IMG/VR virus record: IMGVR_UViG_3300025674_000030
Span: 8,647 to 72,646 of that record
Reading direction: 5' to 3' (one strand)
DNA: 64,000 nucleotides
DNA from: a virus
Both the position numbers and the translations under genes were made by a program. Of this stretch, positions 1-12,000 are shown piece by piece. Below the pieces are notes generated by a model. That model was not told the DNA's origin. It ran no database searches and was given only the letters and a program-made list of their open reading frames with translations. Within the stretch, counting starts at the first letter, position 1. Each line of letters starts with the position of its first letter.

Positions 1-1
1 T

Positions 2-307
2 GTACATGTTGATGATGTTGTATCTGCTAACATTTTTTGTATGAACCAAGATAAGCCATTTGCTGGTACGGTACACGATGTTGCTAGCGGTGTTTCATGC
101 TCTCTAAATTCAGTCAGAGAGATAATTAACAAAAACCATAATGTAGTTTGGATTGAAAATTCAGAAAGAAAAGGTGACATTAAGCATTCACAGTCTGACA
201 TTTCTGGGTTATTATCTCTTGGATGGAAGCCGTCTGTTGCTATAGAAGATGGCTTACAAAGATGTTTTTCAAAGGATAATCTATGTGTGGAATCTTTGGC
301 TCAGTAG
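2..307 (+). CDS. NAD-dependent epimerase/dehydratase, C-terminal part (5'-truncated)
   Basis: Frame is open from base 2: VHVDDVVSANIFCM...ERKGDIKHSQSDIS...LGWKPSVAIEDGLQR, the typical extended-SDR C-terminus. Confidence 0.8.
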   Translation, partial: VHVDDVVSANIFCMNQDKPFAGTVHDVASGVSCSLNSVREIINKNHNVVWIENSERKGDIKHSQSDISGLLSLGWKPSVAIEDGLQRCFSKDNLCVESLAQ

Positions 308-2103
308 CCGACAGCGTAGAATACAACGCAATCAAGCAAGGACTCAAAAACCTTGCTTATCGAGGTTATGACTCGGCAGGCATTGCCGTCGCAACGTCAC
401 AAGGAGTTGTAATCGAGAGGACAGAGGGGCATCCTAAGTTCCTCCCCGACCTTGACTTGAGAGGAACTGTTGCTATCGGGCACAACCGATGGGCAACTCA
501 CTCACCTCCAACGAAGGACAATTCTCACCCCTATACCTCTAATGATAATAAGATTAGTCTTGTCCACAACGGAATCATTGAGAACTATGTTGAGGTCAAG
601 AACTTTCTAGAAGGTAAGGGTTTCACTTTTTACTCTGAGACTGATACTGAGGTGCTACCAAATCTTATTCAGTATTATCTCTCTCAGGGAGACGACCTCC
701 GCGCTGCTATGCGCCATACTGCAAAGCACGTTGAAGGCGCATTCGGCGTTATCTTCATTCACGCTGATTATCCAAACCAAATGAACTTGATGAAGCTTGG
801 CTCTCCAATGTATGTTGGGCGTGCTGATGATTCTGTCTATGTTTGTTCTGACGCCTTCTCGTTCCCAGAAGATGTAAAAACCTATTCCTCAATTGACGAT
901 AGTAAGATCCTCATCATTCGTAAGGACTCTGTTGATGTTCAAGATCTCAATGGCACTAAGTTAACACTTATTTTTGAAGAAAAGGATGTATCAGCAGATA
1001 CCTACTGCCTTGGTAAGTACGACCACTACATGCAGAAGGAAATATACGAGCAGTTTGATTATGTTATGTCTGGGCTTATGGGAAGAATCAGAGACACAGA
1101 AATCATTCTTGGTGGCCTTCAGGACTGTATCGAAAAGTTCGCGAGCAGCAATCAGATTATCTTTACGGGCTGCGGCTCTGCCAATAATGCTGCCCGCGTC
1201 GGCGCGCTTGTTATGGAAGAAGTTGGTAGACTTATGGCCCGCAATATAGCTTCTGGCGAGTTGAAGTACAAAGACGCCCTCGTAGACGAAAAGTCTTGGC
1301 TTGTAACTGTTTCTCAGTCTGGAGAGACTGCTGATGTTATTGGCTGTATCAAGAACATGAAGGCAAAGGGGGCTAACGTTCTCGGTATTGTAAACACCCC
1401 CAACTCAACCATTTACCAGATGACTGACTGTGGTATTCACATTCGCGCCGGCAAGGAGGTATCAGTTGCTTCAACAAAGGCCGTTACAAACCAAATTCTT
1501 GCTATGCTTCTTCTCGCCTACAAGATTGGCCTTGAGAACGGATGCTCCTATCGAGAATACAAGGAATTTGTGAGAGAAGCTCAAAAACTGCCATATTTTA
1601 TTAATCGAGCCTTGGCCCAAGAAGATAAAATCAAGGGTATTTGTGACACTTACAGAGCTTCTAAAACTGCTTTCGTGATAGGTCGTAATGTCCTTGAGCC
1701 AATCGCAGATGAGATTGCTCTGAAAATTAAGGAAATTTCGTACATCCACGCTGAAGGTTACTCAGGCTCAGAATTGAAGCATGGACCACTCGCGCTGATT
1801 GATGATGAGATTCTTAATATTTGTTTGCTTGACAAGAACTTTTATCCAGAGAAGACAATCAGCAACATAGAGGAGATTAGGGCAAGAGGAGGGAAAGTTA
1901 TTCTTATAACAAACTACACAAAGAATGAAATAGAGAATAAAATCTATGATAGGTTGGTTAGCGTCGAGACCGGCAACAACAAATACATAACTGCTATGAT
2001 TTTCAATGTTGTTGGTCAATTAATCTCTTACCACCTTGCTCTTCATAATGGAAGAGACGTTGATCTACCAAGAAATCTCGCTAAGAGCGTAACCGTTGAA
2101 TAA
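283..2103 (+). CDS. glmS: Glutamine--fructose-6-phosphate aminotransferase (isomerizing)
   Basis: N-terminal MCGIFG, YRGYDSAG, GHNRWATH, HNGIIEN, SQSGETAD, VASTKA, ELKHGPLAL, C-terminal PRNLAKSVTVE. Confidence 0.98.
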   Translation: MCGIFGSVADSVEYNAIKQGLKNLAYRGYDSAGIAVATSQGVVIERTEGHPKFLPDLDLRGTVAIGHNRWATHSPPTKDNSHPYTSNDNKISLVHNGIIENYVEVKNFLEGKGFTFYSETDTEVLPNLIQYYLSQGDDLRAAMRHTAKHVEGAFGVIFIHADYPNQMNLMKLGSPMYVGRADDSVYVCSDAFSFPEDVKTYSSIDDSKILIIRKDSVDVQDLNGTKLTLIFEEKDVSADTYCLGKYDHYMQKEIYEQFDYVMSGLMGRIRDTEIILGGLQDCIEKFASSNQIIFTGCGSANNAARVGALVMEEVGRLMARNIASGELKYKDALVDEKSWLVTVSQSGETADVIGCIKNMKAKGANVLGIVNTPNSTIYQMTDCGIHIRAGKEVSVASTKAVTNQILAMLLLAYKIGLENGCSYREYKEFVREAQKLPYFINRALAQEDKIKGICDTYRASKTAFVIGRNVLEPIADEIALKIKEISYIHAEGYSGSELKHGPLALIDDEILNICLLDKNFYPEKTISNIEEIRARGGKVILITNYTKNEIENKIYDRLVSVETGNNKYITAMIFNVVGQLISYHLALHNGRDVDLPRNLAKSVTVE

Positions 2104-2112
2104 GGAGTAACC

Positions 2113-2334
2113 ATGAGTAACGGAACATTTAGACTTTCAAATCAGGCACTTGGTGCTGTTATGATGGCTCTTCAAGAGTCACTTTTAAACCAACTAGACA
2201 TTGTGCCAATCCTTAAGGGGTTTGAGCTAACCCAGACTGAAGATGGTCTTGTGGTTACCAATCCACCAACCGTTCGTGTAAGTAATGACCGACCAGTCAC
2301 CGAAGAAGAGCTAACAAGACTGGCGGGAGAGTAG
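2113..2334 (+). CDS. Hypothetical phage protein
   Basis: 73-aa ORF with strong SD (TAAGGAG) just upstream. Confidence 0.8.
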   Translation: MSNGTFRLSNQALGAVMMALQESLLNQLDIVPILKGFELTQTEDGLVVTNPPTVRVSNDRPVTEEELTRLAGE

Positions 2335-2589
2335 TTGCCCCGCTACCTATACAAATGTGATAGCTGCGAAGGAGACTTCGTGGCTTTTCACTCGTTCTCA
2401 GAACAAAAGGAGTCCTGCGACCTCTGCGGACATGAGAGCGTTACAAAAATGGTAGGTAAGCCGATAGTCTTGAACAAAAAGCAGGAAGATTCTAAGGCTA
2501 CTGGTAACCTCACAAATGAATATATTGAAGCCAATCGTGAGCTTCTAACTGAGATGAAGGAGGAAGCAAGCAATGGACTTTATGAGTAG
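2335..2589 (+). CDS. FmdB-like zinc-ribbon protein
   Basis: MPRYLYKCDSC...CDLCG pattern; TTG start after GGGAG. Confidence 0.75.
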   Translation: MPRYLYKCDSCEGDFVAFHSFSEQKESCDLCGHESVTKMVGKPIVLNKKQEDSKATGNLTNEYIEANRELLTEMKEEASNGLYE

Positions 2590-2905
2590 GCTTGAGATGG
2601 TGCTATCGCTTATCTTGTTGGTGTCACTTGGTATCAACGCGATTCTGTTTGTGTATTCTCGCAACGTAGCACAAAAGCTTGTCATTATCTCTGCGGAGAT
2701 TGATGATATGAGGACAGCCGCTGCAAGCTTTGCAAGGCATGTAAAGGCTGTATATGAACTTGAGATGTTTTACGGTGACCAGACGTTACAAGCGCTGATG
2801 GATCACGCTCGCTCATTCCGAGAATACATGGATGAATTTGACTTTATATACATACCAGATGAAGAGGAAGAAGATGCCGAGACGCAGCAGATCGAAGAAA
2901 TCTAA
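2573..2905 (+). CDS. Hypothetical protein with N-terminal transmembrane helix
   Basis: Hydrophobic LEMVLSLILLVSLGINAILFVY followed by a helical region and acidic tail. Confidence 0.7.
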   Translation: MDFMSRLEMVLSLILLVSLGINAILFVYSRNVAQKLVIISAEIDDMRTAAASFARHVKAVYELEMFYGDQTLQALMDHARSFREYMDEFDFIYIPDEEEEDAETQQIEEI

Positions 2906-3566
2906 TCACTATTTTACCAAAGAGCACGAAAATGCAATCATAGAATATTGTTCTACTGATTGCAACAAAAGAAAGACTGAAATATATGTCACCATGTTGC
3001 GACCTGCATTTAGTGAAATGGTAGATAAGATCGTTTTCACGTATAAGTTTACAACATTGCCTAATATAGATTCTCTAAGAGAAGAGTGCAAAGTCTGGTT
3101 GATGACCATACTCGATAAGTTCCAGCCAGATAAGGGGCATAAAGCTTTTTCTTATTTCTCAGTTATTACAAAAAACTGGTTCATACACAAAGTCAAAAAA
3201 CAAAAAAGAAAAAATCAACGTGAAGTACAATATGATGCTGCACCCAAAAGATATGAACAAGAATACCTTGCATCAGAAGACACTTGGGTCACCAATCGAT
3301 TAGAGCAGGAATTTTGGAAATCATTTTATGAAGACATGAAAACATGGAAGTTCAATGATATGAGAGAGAATGATGAGCGCGTGTATAAGGCAATCATCGT
3401 TCTATTTGAGAGTAGAGACGACATAGAAATTTTTAACAAGAAAGCTATTTACCTTTACCTGAGAGAGATAACTGGTCTCAACACAAAGCAGGTTGTAAAC
3501 TCTTTGAACAAGTTCAGAGAACATTATGCAGATTTTAAATCTGATTGGGAAAATGGCAAGATATGA
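2874..3566 (+). CDS. Phage sigma factor, T4 gp55-like late transcription factor
   Basis: Sigma region-2-like segment LDKFQPDKGHKAFSYFSVITKNWFI and N-terminal HYFTKEHENAIIEY; likely start MPRRS at 2874. Confidence 0.7.
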   Translation: MPRRSRSKKSNHYFTKEHENAIIEYCSTDCNKRKTEIYVTMLRPAFSEMVDKIVFTYKFTTLPNIDSLREECKVWLMTILDKFQPDKGHKAFSYFSVITKNWFIHKVKKQKRKNQREVQYDAAPKRYEQEYLASEDTWVTNRLEQEFWKSFYEDMKTWKFNDMRENDERVYKAIIVLFESRDDIEIFNKKAIYLYLREITGLNTKQVVNSLNKFREHYADFKSDWENGKI

Positions 3567-3850
3567 GTGACGAATTTGACGATTTGATGGACGAGGCAAT
3601 AGAAAACATTCGCAATGACCGCAAGGTTGCGCGAGAGTTTTTGAATGAGCTTGCAAATCAGATTGCTCAAAATGCAGAAAATAACAGAGCACTTTCCCCC
3701 GTAGCTGCCAAACATATTGAAACCATGCAGCGCTCAAACGAACAACTAGTGAAAGTTCTCACCCTAAAACAAAAGGAGAGAACCAAAGAGGTGGGTCTGT
3801 CTGATGAGGATAAGGCTAGTCTTTTTGATATGATCCAAGGGGAGTCTTAA
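3563..3850 (+). CDS. Hypothetical helical protein
   Basis: ATGA overlap with the upstream stop; MSDEFDDLM... Confidence 0.75.
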   Translation: MSDEFDDLMDEAIENIRNDRKVAREFLNELANQIAQNAENNRALSPVAAKHIETMQRSNEQLVKVLTLKQKERTKEVGLSDEDKASLFDMIQGES

Positions 3851-5037
3851 TGGCGATTAAAGACAACATAGACTTTTCAACCTTCACTGATAGCAAATCT
3901 TCTAAAGATTTGTTTTCTAACTCAATACGAAAAGCTTTTACCTATGATTCGTATGGCGATAGAACTACATTTCAAGCCGTTGTTATATCAGACCCAATAC
4001 CAGTTAGTCCCAAAGATTTAGAGTTTTTTACAGGCGAACCCGGCTTTGTTGGGAAAGCTATCAACACTATCAATAATACCACTACTCAGTTTACTTATAG
4101 AGCGAGAATAATAGGCACCAACTCTCCACATTCATTTTTACCAGACCCATGTGATCCAGCTTATTCTTCTGAACCTGAAGAGTCTTTCAAAATAATAGCA
4201 ATGCACACTTTGTTTGTTTCTAACGAAGAAGGGGGTTCTGTCAACTCTTTGCCTCGCTTTGGTTCTGTCGTTGAGGTAGAATTAAAAAAGAATGTTTTTG
4301 GTTATGATTTGCAATACGGAAAACATATCAAACTAGTGTCCAACCCTGAAACCAATAAAGAAGCTGCTGAAGCATGTGACACCTTAGAGGCATCTATGGC
4401 AAGAGCAAGTGGACAGCCAATATCGTCTTATGCTTTCGGTGAAGAATCTGGGGGCCCGCCACTCGATGATCCCAAGGTTCAAGAAATTTATGATGAGTAT
4501 GTAAAGAGATATGGGCTTGAACTTGCGCCACCTGATGGGATGTGTGGAAACTTGCCGGACTATCCATTGGAAAAGTGTAAGACAGGTACAATAGGCTCTG
4601 TGACTGTCACTTTGCATCCCAAGTTTTTTGACAAAGTTAAAGAAAAGTATGATTTAGTTAAAGCGCAAAACTTTAATGAAACATTTGATGGGGGTTCAAG
4701 CATAAGAGTTTTGAAAAAACAAATAAGCCTAAGAATCAATAACTCACAAGCAGCGGGAAATCAACTCAGCCTCGATGAAATGATTGGGGGCTCTTCTGGT
4801 TTGTGTGATCCGCCCACCGCCCCTTTGCCAACAAGCCCCGGAAAAGGCTCTAGACACATTTATGGCTGTGCCATAGACTTTGGTGGAATTTTACAAGAAG
4901 AAGGAGTAAAGGCTGCAAAGCTCTCTAACTCAATAGCTAGAAGGTCAAAGACATACAAGTTTCTCCTGTCCCTACAGGAGCCGGGCTTTAAGAACTATAG
5001 TGCCGAACCATGGCACTGGAGCGTAGACGGTAGATAA
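3850..5037 (+). CDS. Putative baseplate hub protein with C-terminal M15 (VanY/D-Ala-D-Ala carboxypeptidase-like) zinc peptidase
   Basis: SRHIYGCAIDF and EPWHW zinc motifs; N-terminus loosely like a gp5/VgrG OB fold (YRARIIG...LPRFGSVVEV). Confidence 0.7.
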   Translation: MAIKDNIDFSTFTDSKSSKDLFSNSIRKAFTYDSYGDRTTFQAVVISDPIPVSPKDLEFFTGEPGFVGKAINTINNTTTQFTYRARIIGTNSPHSFLPDPCDPAYSSEPEESFKIIAMHTLFVSNEEGGSVNSLPRFGSVVEVELKKNVFGYDLQYGKHIKLVSNPETNKEAAEACDTLEASMARASGQPISSYAFGEESGGPPLDDPKVQEIYDEYVKRYGLELAPPDGMCGNLPDYPLEKCKTGTIGSVTVTLHPKFFDKVKEKYDLVKAQNFNETFDGGSSIRVLKKQISLRINNSQAAGNQLSLDEMIGGSSGLCDPPTAPLPTSPGKGSRHIYGCAIDFGGILQEEGVKAAKLSNSIARRSKTYKFLLSLQEPGFKNYSAEPWHWSVDGR

Positions 5038-6030
5038 ATGCCAATAAAAATATCAGACAAAGGCTCTCCCACAGAGGAGCGCATAAAGCAAAAAAAACAC
5101 ATTAACACAACCCCATCCGACAGTGGCTTAATGCACGCTGATAATGGGGATAGTGAACGTGGTCCACAATATAAGACTGCGCCTAATGAAAAAATCTTTT
5201 CCAAAAACAATGCCTATATTGTTCTTGGCACTGATAGACCTTCCTCTATGGCCTCTGGTTATGGCGCCAAGGGAAGCAACAGGGCAGCTACCATAGATTT
5301 GGTAGCCGGTAGAATGTCATCTGCGCGTGGTGGCAAGGGTGTCAAAGACTTAACGCACGTTGATAACAACTTTGCAGCAGATGCAGCCAGAGTTTACATA
5401 AGCCAGTTAACAGATATTGATACCAACTTTGGTATTGTTGAGGGCTCAATAGGAAACATCAAGGGAAGAAGCGCGGTTGGTATAAAAGCTGATGGTGTTA
5501 GAGTATTTGGTCGAGAGGGCGTAAAGATTGTTACTGGCCGTGGTAACAACTGGAAAGGTTTTGGACTTAAGGGTGAGACAAACTCACTCGGTGGTAAAAT
5601 CTCACAACCAGCCCCCGGTATTGAACTTATTGCTGGTAACAACACAGAACCTAGAAAGGTTTGGGGTGGTATAGCTAACCCGGTGGAAACAATAGAGACA
5701 TTGCAGCCCATAGCGATGGGATACAACACTAGAGACGCTTTCAGGGAACTTGGTGAGATTATAGAAGAAATACTTGGAGCCCTTATTAACCTCGGTATTG
5801 TGCAAATGTCTGTCAACTCTGCTACTGCCGCAGCCTTTGCATCATCTGGTGTTTATCCGCCACACAGCGTTGCAGCAGGCGTCATAGGCTCAGCTAACTC
5901 TGCTCTTATCCCTACATCTGTTATGAATCCACTATACCACGCAAGAGTCAATAAAACTATGTGGGAGTTTAACCACCTGACTCCATTTGGTTACAAATTT
6001 ATTTGCAGTAGAAGTGTCAAGTCAACCTAA
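5038..6030 (+). CDS. Putative baseplate spike/hub protein (gp5 C-terminal-like)
   Basis: Gly-rich beta-strand segments (YIVLGTDRP, IDLVAGR, DAARVYIS, VGIKADGVRVFGREGVKI); position upstream of gp25/gp6. Confidence 0.5.
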   Translation: MPIKISDKGSPTEERIKQKKHINTTPSDSGLMHADNGDSERGPQYKTAPNEKIFSKNNAYIVLGTDRPSSMASGYGAKGSNRAATIDLVAGRMSSARGGKGVKDLTHVDNNFAADAARVYISQLTDIDTNFGIVEGSIGNIKGRSAVGIKADGVRVFGREGVKIVTGRGNNWKGFGLKGETNSLGGKISQPAPGIELIAGNNTEPRKVWGGIANPVETIETLQPIAMGYNTRDAFRELGEIIEEILGALINLGIVQMSVNSATAAAFASSGVYPPHSVAAGVIGSANSALIPTSVMNPLYHARVNKTMWEFNHLTPFGYKFICSRSVKST

Positions 6031-6049
6031 ATATAGAAAAGAGTAAAAG

Positions 6050-9000
6050 ATGGCAGAATCTAAGTTTTTAAAATACCAAGACAAGAATAGGGATTTTTTG
6101 ATTGATGTATGTGAAGTGGATCTTCCACCTCCCGAAGAACAGGTCTGTAAAGACTGTGTTCCAAACCCAAAGGCTCTTATTCCAAACTGGAAGACCTTTG
6201 AGGATCTTACTCCTTTTCTCAACGAGAAAATCTGCCAGTATCAAATTGCCATAACTACGCCCGAGACCTCTACCGGTGCCTCTTTGGATTCTACCGAGTT
6301 AGAGGCACAAGAAGCGCTACAAGAATTGTACGCTCAATACTCTGAAGAAGCTATCGAAGCTTTTCTAGAATATTACCAAAAGGCTGTAAACGACCCCAAT
6401 CTCTTAAAAATGAGAGAATCTATTGATTATCGTGATTATGATTTAGATGCCCGCCCACTATCTCATTTAAAACTTTTATACTCTTTTCCTTTTGAGATAC
6501 TCTCATCTCTAGAAGATGAGGAACCCGAAGACGACGAAGCTGAAGAGGCTGATGGAGAAGATATAGTCGTTGAGTTTGGGGCCACCCGCATGAACCCGGA
6601 TTTGATTCGAGTCAGAAAGGCTCTCAATCTTTATGCAAGATATGAGAAGGTTTATCGGTTTACCGATGGTGGCTCTTTGAGGTTCTTGGAAGCTGGCGGG
6701 CTCTTCAATCTAGAAAACTACGGAGACGCTGGACTTGTTGCTGGCTCTTCAATCACTTCAAATTTGATACCACAACTTGATGCGTTCTTGAATGAAAAGG
6801 GGTTTAACATTCCCGGTGTTGGTGGTCTTTCTGGTATTTTTGAAGATAAGGTTACAAAGATAGAGTTCACCTTTACGCCACAATATAGGGTTAAGAAACT
6901 AAGAATATACACACAAACATGTGGAGAAAAACCAGTAGTTATAAAAAAACTCAAAAGACTGAACAAAAAGCCAAGCTGGCGAGACAGAACGGCGGTTGCA
7001 TATTTCGCCCAGATGAAGAAGATGGAAAGAGATTTAACCGCCAGAGTCCCCAAGCCTTGGCTGGAGTTTGTCAAGGAATACACCTATCCAGAAATTGAGT
7101 CTGTCACTAACGCTGGCTATAACAATACAGATCCAGAGAATAGCGTTACCTCTTGTATTGCATCGAACCTAGAGGCAGAGGGCAAACAACTTGGCCAAGA
7201 CATCTTGGATGATGTTTTTGGTATTGGTGATGCCATTGCATTACAGTTCCACAAGGCGCTTTGTAATGAAGACTATCAAGAAATGATAGAGCAAAAAATC
7301 AAGTTTGGGCAGATACCCTCAGAAGCCCTCTTGGTTTCTGCCCAAGGGAGGGACGTAGATCAAATAGATGCAGCCAGATTCTCACCAACCGGAAAGCAAG
7401 GAGAAGTTAACAAAAACATTGGTGCTTTTGCTATAGAGCAAGCCTTCAGGGAGCTAGACGAAAGGGACCAAGTGTTTTCTAACTTTTGCGCTCTATTGCT
7501 TAGTGGCACTGTCGGTGGTGGTGATTTAACAAGACAGCTTGATTTGCTATGGGCCAACGGGCTTGATAAGATTCGAGTTTGTGGTCTGTTTGATTTGATG
7601 CTTGATGCCATTCAGTGTCTATTTAAGGGCCTTACTTTGGAAGAGGCATTGGCAAGTATGCTGCAAGCCGCCCTTAAGGCAATGTCTATAGAAAACTTCG
7701 GTGATTTATTTGTTGGACTCCCTCCTGACAAGCAACAAGAGTTAGACGAGCTTGTACAGAGAAAGCTTGCCAGCGGCGATATATTCAGACCAGACTCGCA
7801 GCAGCAAAGGGTTTCTGATGAATCTGCAAAGGGTGAAAATGCTAGAATAGATGTTGATGAAGATCCTTCGCTATTTGGCAATATTCGGTTTAACAAGCCT
7901 TGGGAAAATCCAGAGCTTGTTAGTGAGCAAAACGAGAAACTGTTGCGTGAAAACTCTTATAGCAGCGAGTCGCCAACAGGAATCCCGCCCGCAAACACAA
8001 GAAAGTCAGACGTTGGGGATGCCACGGCAAGAGCGCAGCTACAGAATGTGGGCTCTGAGCTTAATCCTGCACTAATCATGGATGCTTATGCCTCTGCTCT
8101 TATAGAAGTTTACAGCGAGAACCTTCTTGACCTACTTGATATCTTAAACAGATTTCCCGGCGCACAAATCATTTCAAAGATCATTGCCTTGATTGACTGC
8201 CCCATACCACCTATTTTTGATCCAAGTTTGATGGATTTCTTGAAAGACATTGAGTTGCCATTTTGTAGAAACACTCAGCATATTGGCCTGCCCAGATTGG
8301 AAAACCCCTTTGCCTATCTTCCAAAGCTTAAAGACTTGTTCAGGCTACTATTCCAAATCATTAAAATTGAACTGCAAAAGCTTGTCGTCAGGATTATTGT
8401 CAAACTGATCGTTAAAATATGTGAGCTAATCGGAAATGCGATTTGTAAAGCACTAGAGGCTGTTGGTGATATTGCAGCCGCACTACCAGCTATTGCTACC
8501 GGTAGATCAACTTTCAAGGATGTAATCAGAGAGACAATATGTGGACCTGACACAGATGAAGAAAGAATAGATGACACAATCGTTGACATGTTCCAGAAGA
8601 TGGGTGCTGGAGGCGCAGCGTTTGCGGATCGAGCAGCAGTCATGTCATTTGCGGAAGACATATCGGCCACAACAAGTCGAAGAGAGCTTACAGACGCTGT
8701 TTTGGGTAATCCATCAGAGACTTTTTTGAGTGTTATGCAGAGCTTGATTGAATTTGAGCATCCTCAGTTTGCTGAAGCATTCAATAACAGAGAAAACATT
8801 AGCTCTTTCTTTGGCAACATTGGCAATCTAATGCCCACAGATGCTAAGCAGGCATTAAGAGATTTCTCAGCAGGTCTATCGGAAGACGACCAGTTGCCGG
8901 CGAACCCCACACTTTGTGCAACTGCGGAACAAGTCGAAGATTTCTGTAATCTCCGCGCTGGGCTTTTGGAGGGTAGAGCCTCGCCAGAGCAGATAGCCAA

Positions 9001-12000
9001 GCTTTGTGATAGTGCGAGAGATACTTTCAAAAACGATATAGAAGACTTAGCAACGATTTTGAATGATGGTATACCAAACTACCTCAACAACAATATGCCC
9101 CCGATGATCTCGGATCCCGGTTGCAACAACGGTTTACTTCCATTCGAGCCAGAAGAGATAACAAAAGCAACCACTAAAACACTCGATGGTAATATGGAGC
9201 AGTTGAAGATTGCTTACACCTACGATATGATTGGTAATGGCCCGCTTGAAAGAAACTGGGGTTTCATAAACATGGTGCTCTCTGATACAGAGGGCAATCC
9301 ATATACTTCTCACTTGAGAAAGTCAGCCAACTCTGGTCGTATATTCAAAAAAGATTTTGTTGATTTTTATGTTGATAGTGAATCCGAAGCAGATGAAGAC
9401 ACAAGATACACCAAGCTGTCACGACAACATGGTGCGTTCCCAATCAAAGTTGCAGACTGGCTTCAGGAAGAGATGCCAAGACAAATTGCTGCTGGAAGCT
9501 TCAACTCAAATAACGACGAGAGAGATAACCAAATCTTTACCAAATCATTTGAAGATTTAAACTTTACTGGCCTATTTGGAGACGTTGACTTGCTGGCATT
9601 GCCAGATTACGGATACAACACCGATGTAAGCGCAGACTTCAACAACCAAAATGTTAAATTTAACAAAAAAGCCAGAAAGGCAAACCCAGATTTATCACTA
9701 CAGTTTAGAGACAATGCTAAGGGTACAGGCATGTTCTCTTATGGATTTGAACTTGAACTATATCTCTCGGATATTGTGAAAGAGGATGGCGAATTTAAAA
9801 ACAGACCCGACGATAACTGCCGCATTTTGATTAGAAATATAGTAAACACCAAAGCCAAGGTAAGTGCTGCTGATGGCTCTTATTCTGATAAAAACGAAGA
9901 ATCAGAAAAAAGCTCCAAGAATGAAGAAGAGTCAATCTTACGTTGGAGAGCATATGAATTCCTAGCTACAGATAATGGTCTTGATGGAATAGATATGACC
10001 GCTTATCCAAGATACTATGAGACTACTAGAAGAGCGAAAGGTAACATACCTCAAGTCTATCTCCTGCAAGATATTTTAGAGAAAAATGCTTCCGATTCGC
10101 TTCCAAGCCCTTCAGAAATCAAATCAACCCATGATCTCCTTATGAATTCTATTTTTCAGAGGTTTGCTCAAGAGATTTACAACAACGACTCTGCCTTTGT
10201 ATATGGCGCCGCACTTGATGATTTGACCTATGAAGACATTGAATATCTCGACCCCAATACTGGTGAGCTTTATGAAGACTCTGATTACACCAATGAGGAC
10301 GCAATACTTGGCGTTAGTAGAGACCAGTTTGTGAATGGTGATGATGCAAGGGTGATTTATCTTGATCCTGCTAAATTTGGTGGCAACTATATCAATCCAC
10401 CACTGTATATCAAGCCTGTGAAAAATGATGGCTGGCTTGGGATGATCGATGTGATGTTCCCAGAAATAGGGCCATGTAAGCCCTATAGGGCAGATTTAGT
10501 AGATTTTGGCTCCATTCAGCAGAGAATCAATGAGTCTTACGGTTCGATACCGGAAGATGAGAGGCTTAGAACTGACCCTGATTGTGTAAGAGAGGAGCCT
10601 TATAACAGAATTCTAGAACGTCCGTCGAAGGCTGGTATCGAAGGGCTCATTAGTGCGGCGGTAAGAATCTACTCAAGCCTTCACATACTAAAGGCTTTGG
10701 CCACCTATACCAAGTTTAAGCCCGACTTCAGTGAGACTTTTAGCAGAATCAATGCACAATATGTCATTGAAAAAATGGAAGAGGATTTTAAAGATGCTCA
10801 GCCAAGTGCGTTCTTTGAGTTCTTCAATCCATTCAAAGATCAGGAATTCTGGTATGCTTTCTTGGAGCAGTCTGTTCAGACCTACGCCAGAAGGTACGCC
10901 AATGACCAACTACCAGATCCGCCTGCGGCAGTCGTTGATGCGCTAACAAGAATAGAAGAAGTCATCAAAAAGCACAGAAACATCTATAAAGATACCTACA
11001 ACACCAAGGATGGTAGAACCATTATTGGGCTAAGAGATGCCAAAAAGATTGGCGATGCATCGTTTCTACAAAGCTTGAAAAACTACAGAGCAGACAAGAA
11101 CCTTGAGGTTGTTCAGGAAACCGAGGCAGATGCAAAAATTATTTTACAAGAACTGGTCATCGAAGAGCTTAACTATATGGGCGATGTGTTCATAAAGAAT
11201 CTAGAGGGAACATCGTTCGCTAATAATGATATGATATCAAGTTTGCCCAAGTTCCTGCTCGAATCTTTGACTGAAGGCTCTAGCCTTGACATAGATAAAG
11301 AAATAAAGCAAGAAGTAGTAGATTTGGAAACAGAAGGGGAAGATCTTTACACAAGTGGTGGAGAGCTTATAACCTTGGACGGCGAAGATTATGTTGGTTA
11401 TTATCATGTTCATGTTGATGAAGATGGTGAGTCGGTATATATGGAGGGCTCCTATCATTCTGAAGAAGACCACGACATTCTTGTGGTTTCTGCGAAGAAA
11501 ATAATTGTACCCATTGGTGATATTTCTTGGCGAGGAGAAGCACCCGAGCCAAATATTGCCAAGCCATTTAAGCTTGAAAAGTACATAAGACTTGGAGATC
11601 AATTCTATTCTAGTAACCAAGCAGCTAGAGACGAACTGAACAGGAGAACTACCACCCCTGAGCAAACAAACATTTCTGATTTGTTCCCCGGCACTATGGA
11701 GCTTGTGTACGATGAAAACGGGGTAGAGATAGGGATTACTGGCGAGCTTGGTGCGCGCTACGGACTTGAGTTTTCTATTGCCGAAGGTGTGTTGGCTAGG
11801 GTGGAAGTTGATGTTTTGGATTTGCCAGTCTCCCAGTTCCAGTTCTTAGAAGATAACTCCAAGCTGCTCCTTTGTTTGGTTAACAACTTGCTGGATGATC
11901 CAGATTTTAATGCAGTTGTAAAGTATATCTTCCCACTTAGCAAGGTTCTTTCTACCCTTTCTATCTACAATGATTTGGCTTTTGTCCCATCTATCGGAGA

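Noticed and set aside
3563-3850. Terminase small subunit call
   Set aside because: Size and helicity fit, but there is no recognisable motif and it lies far from terL
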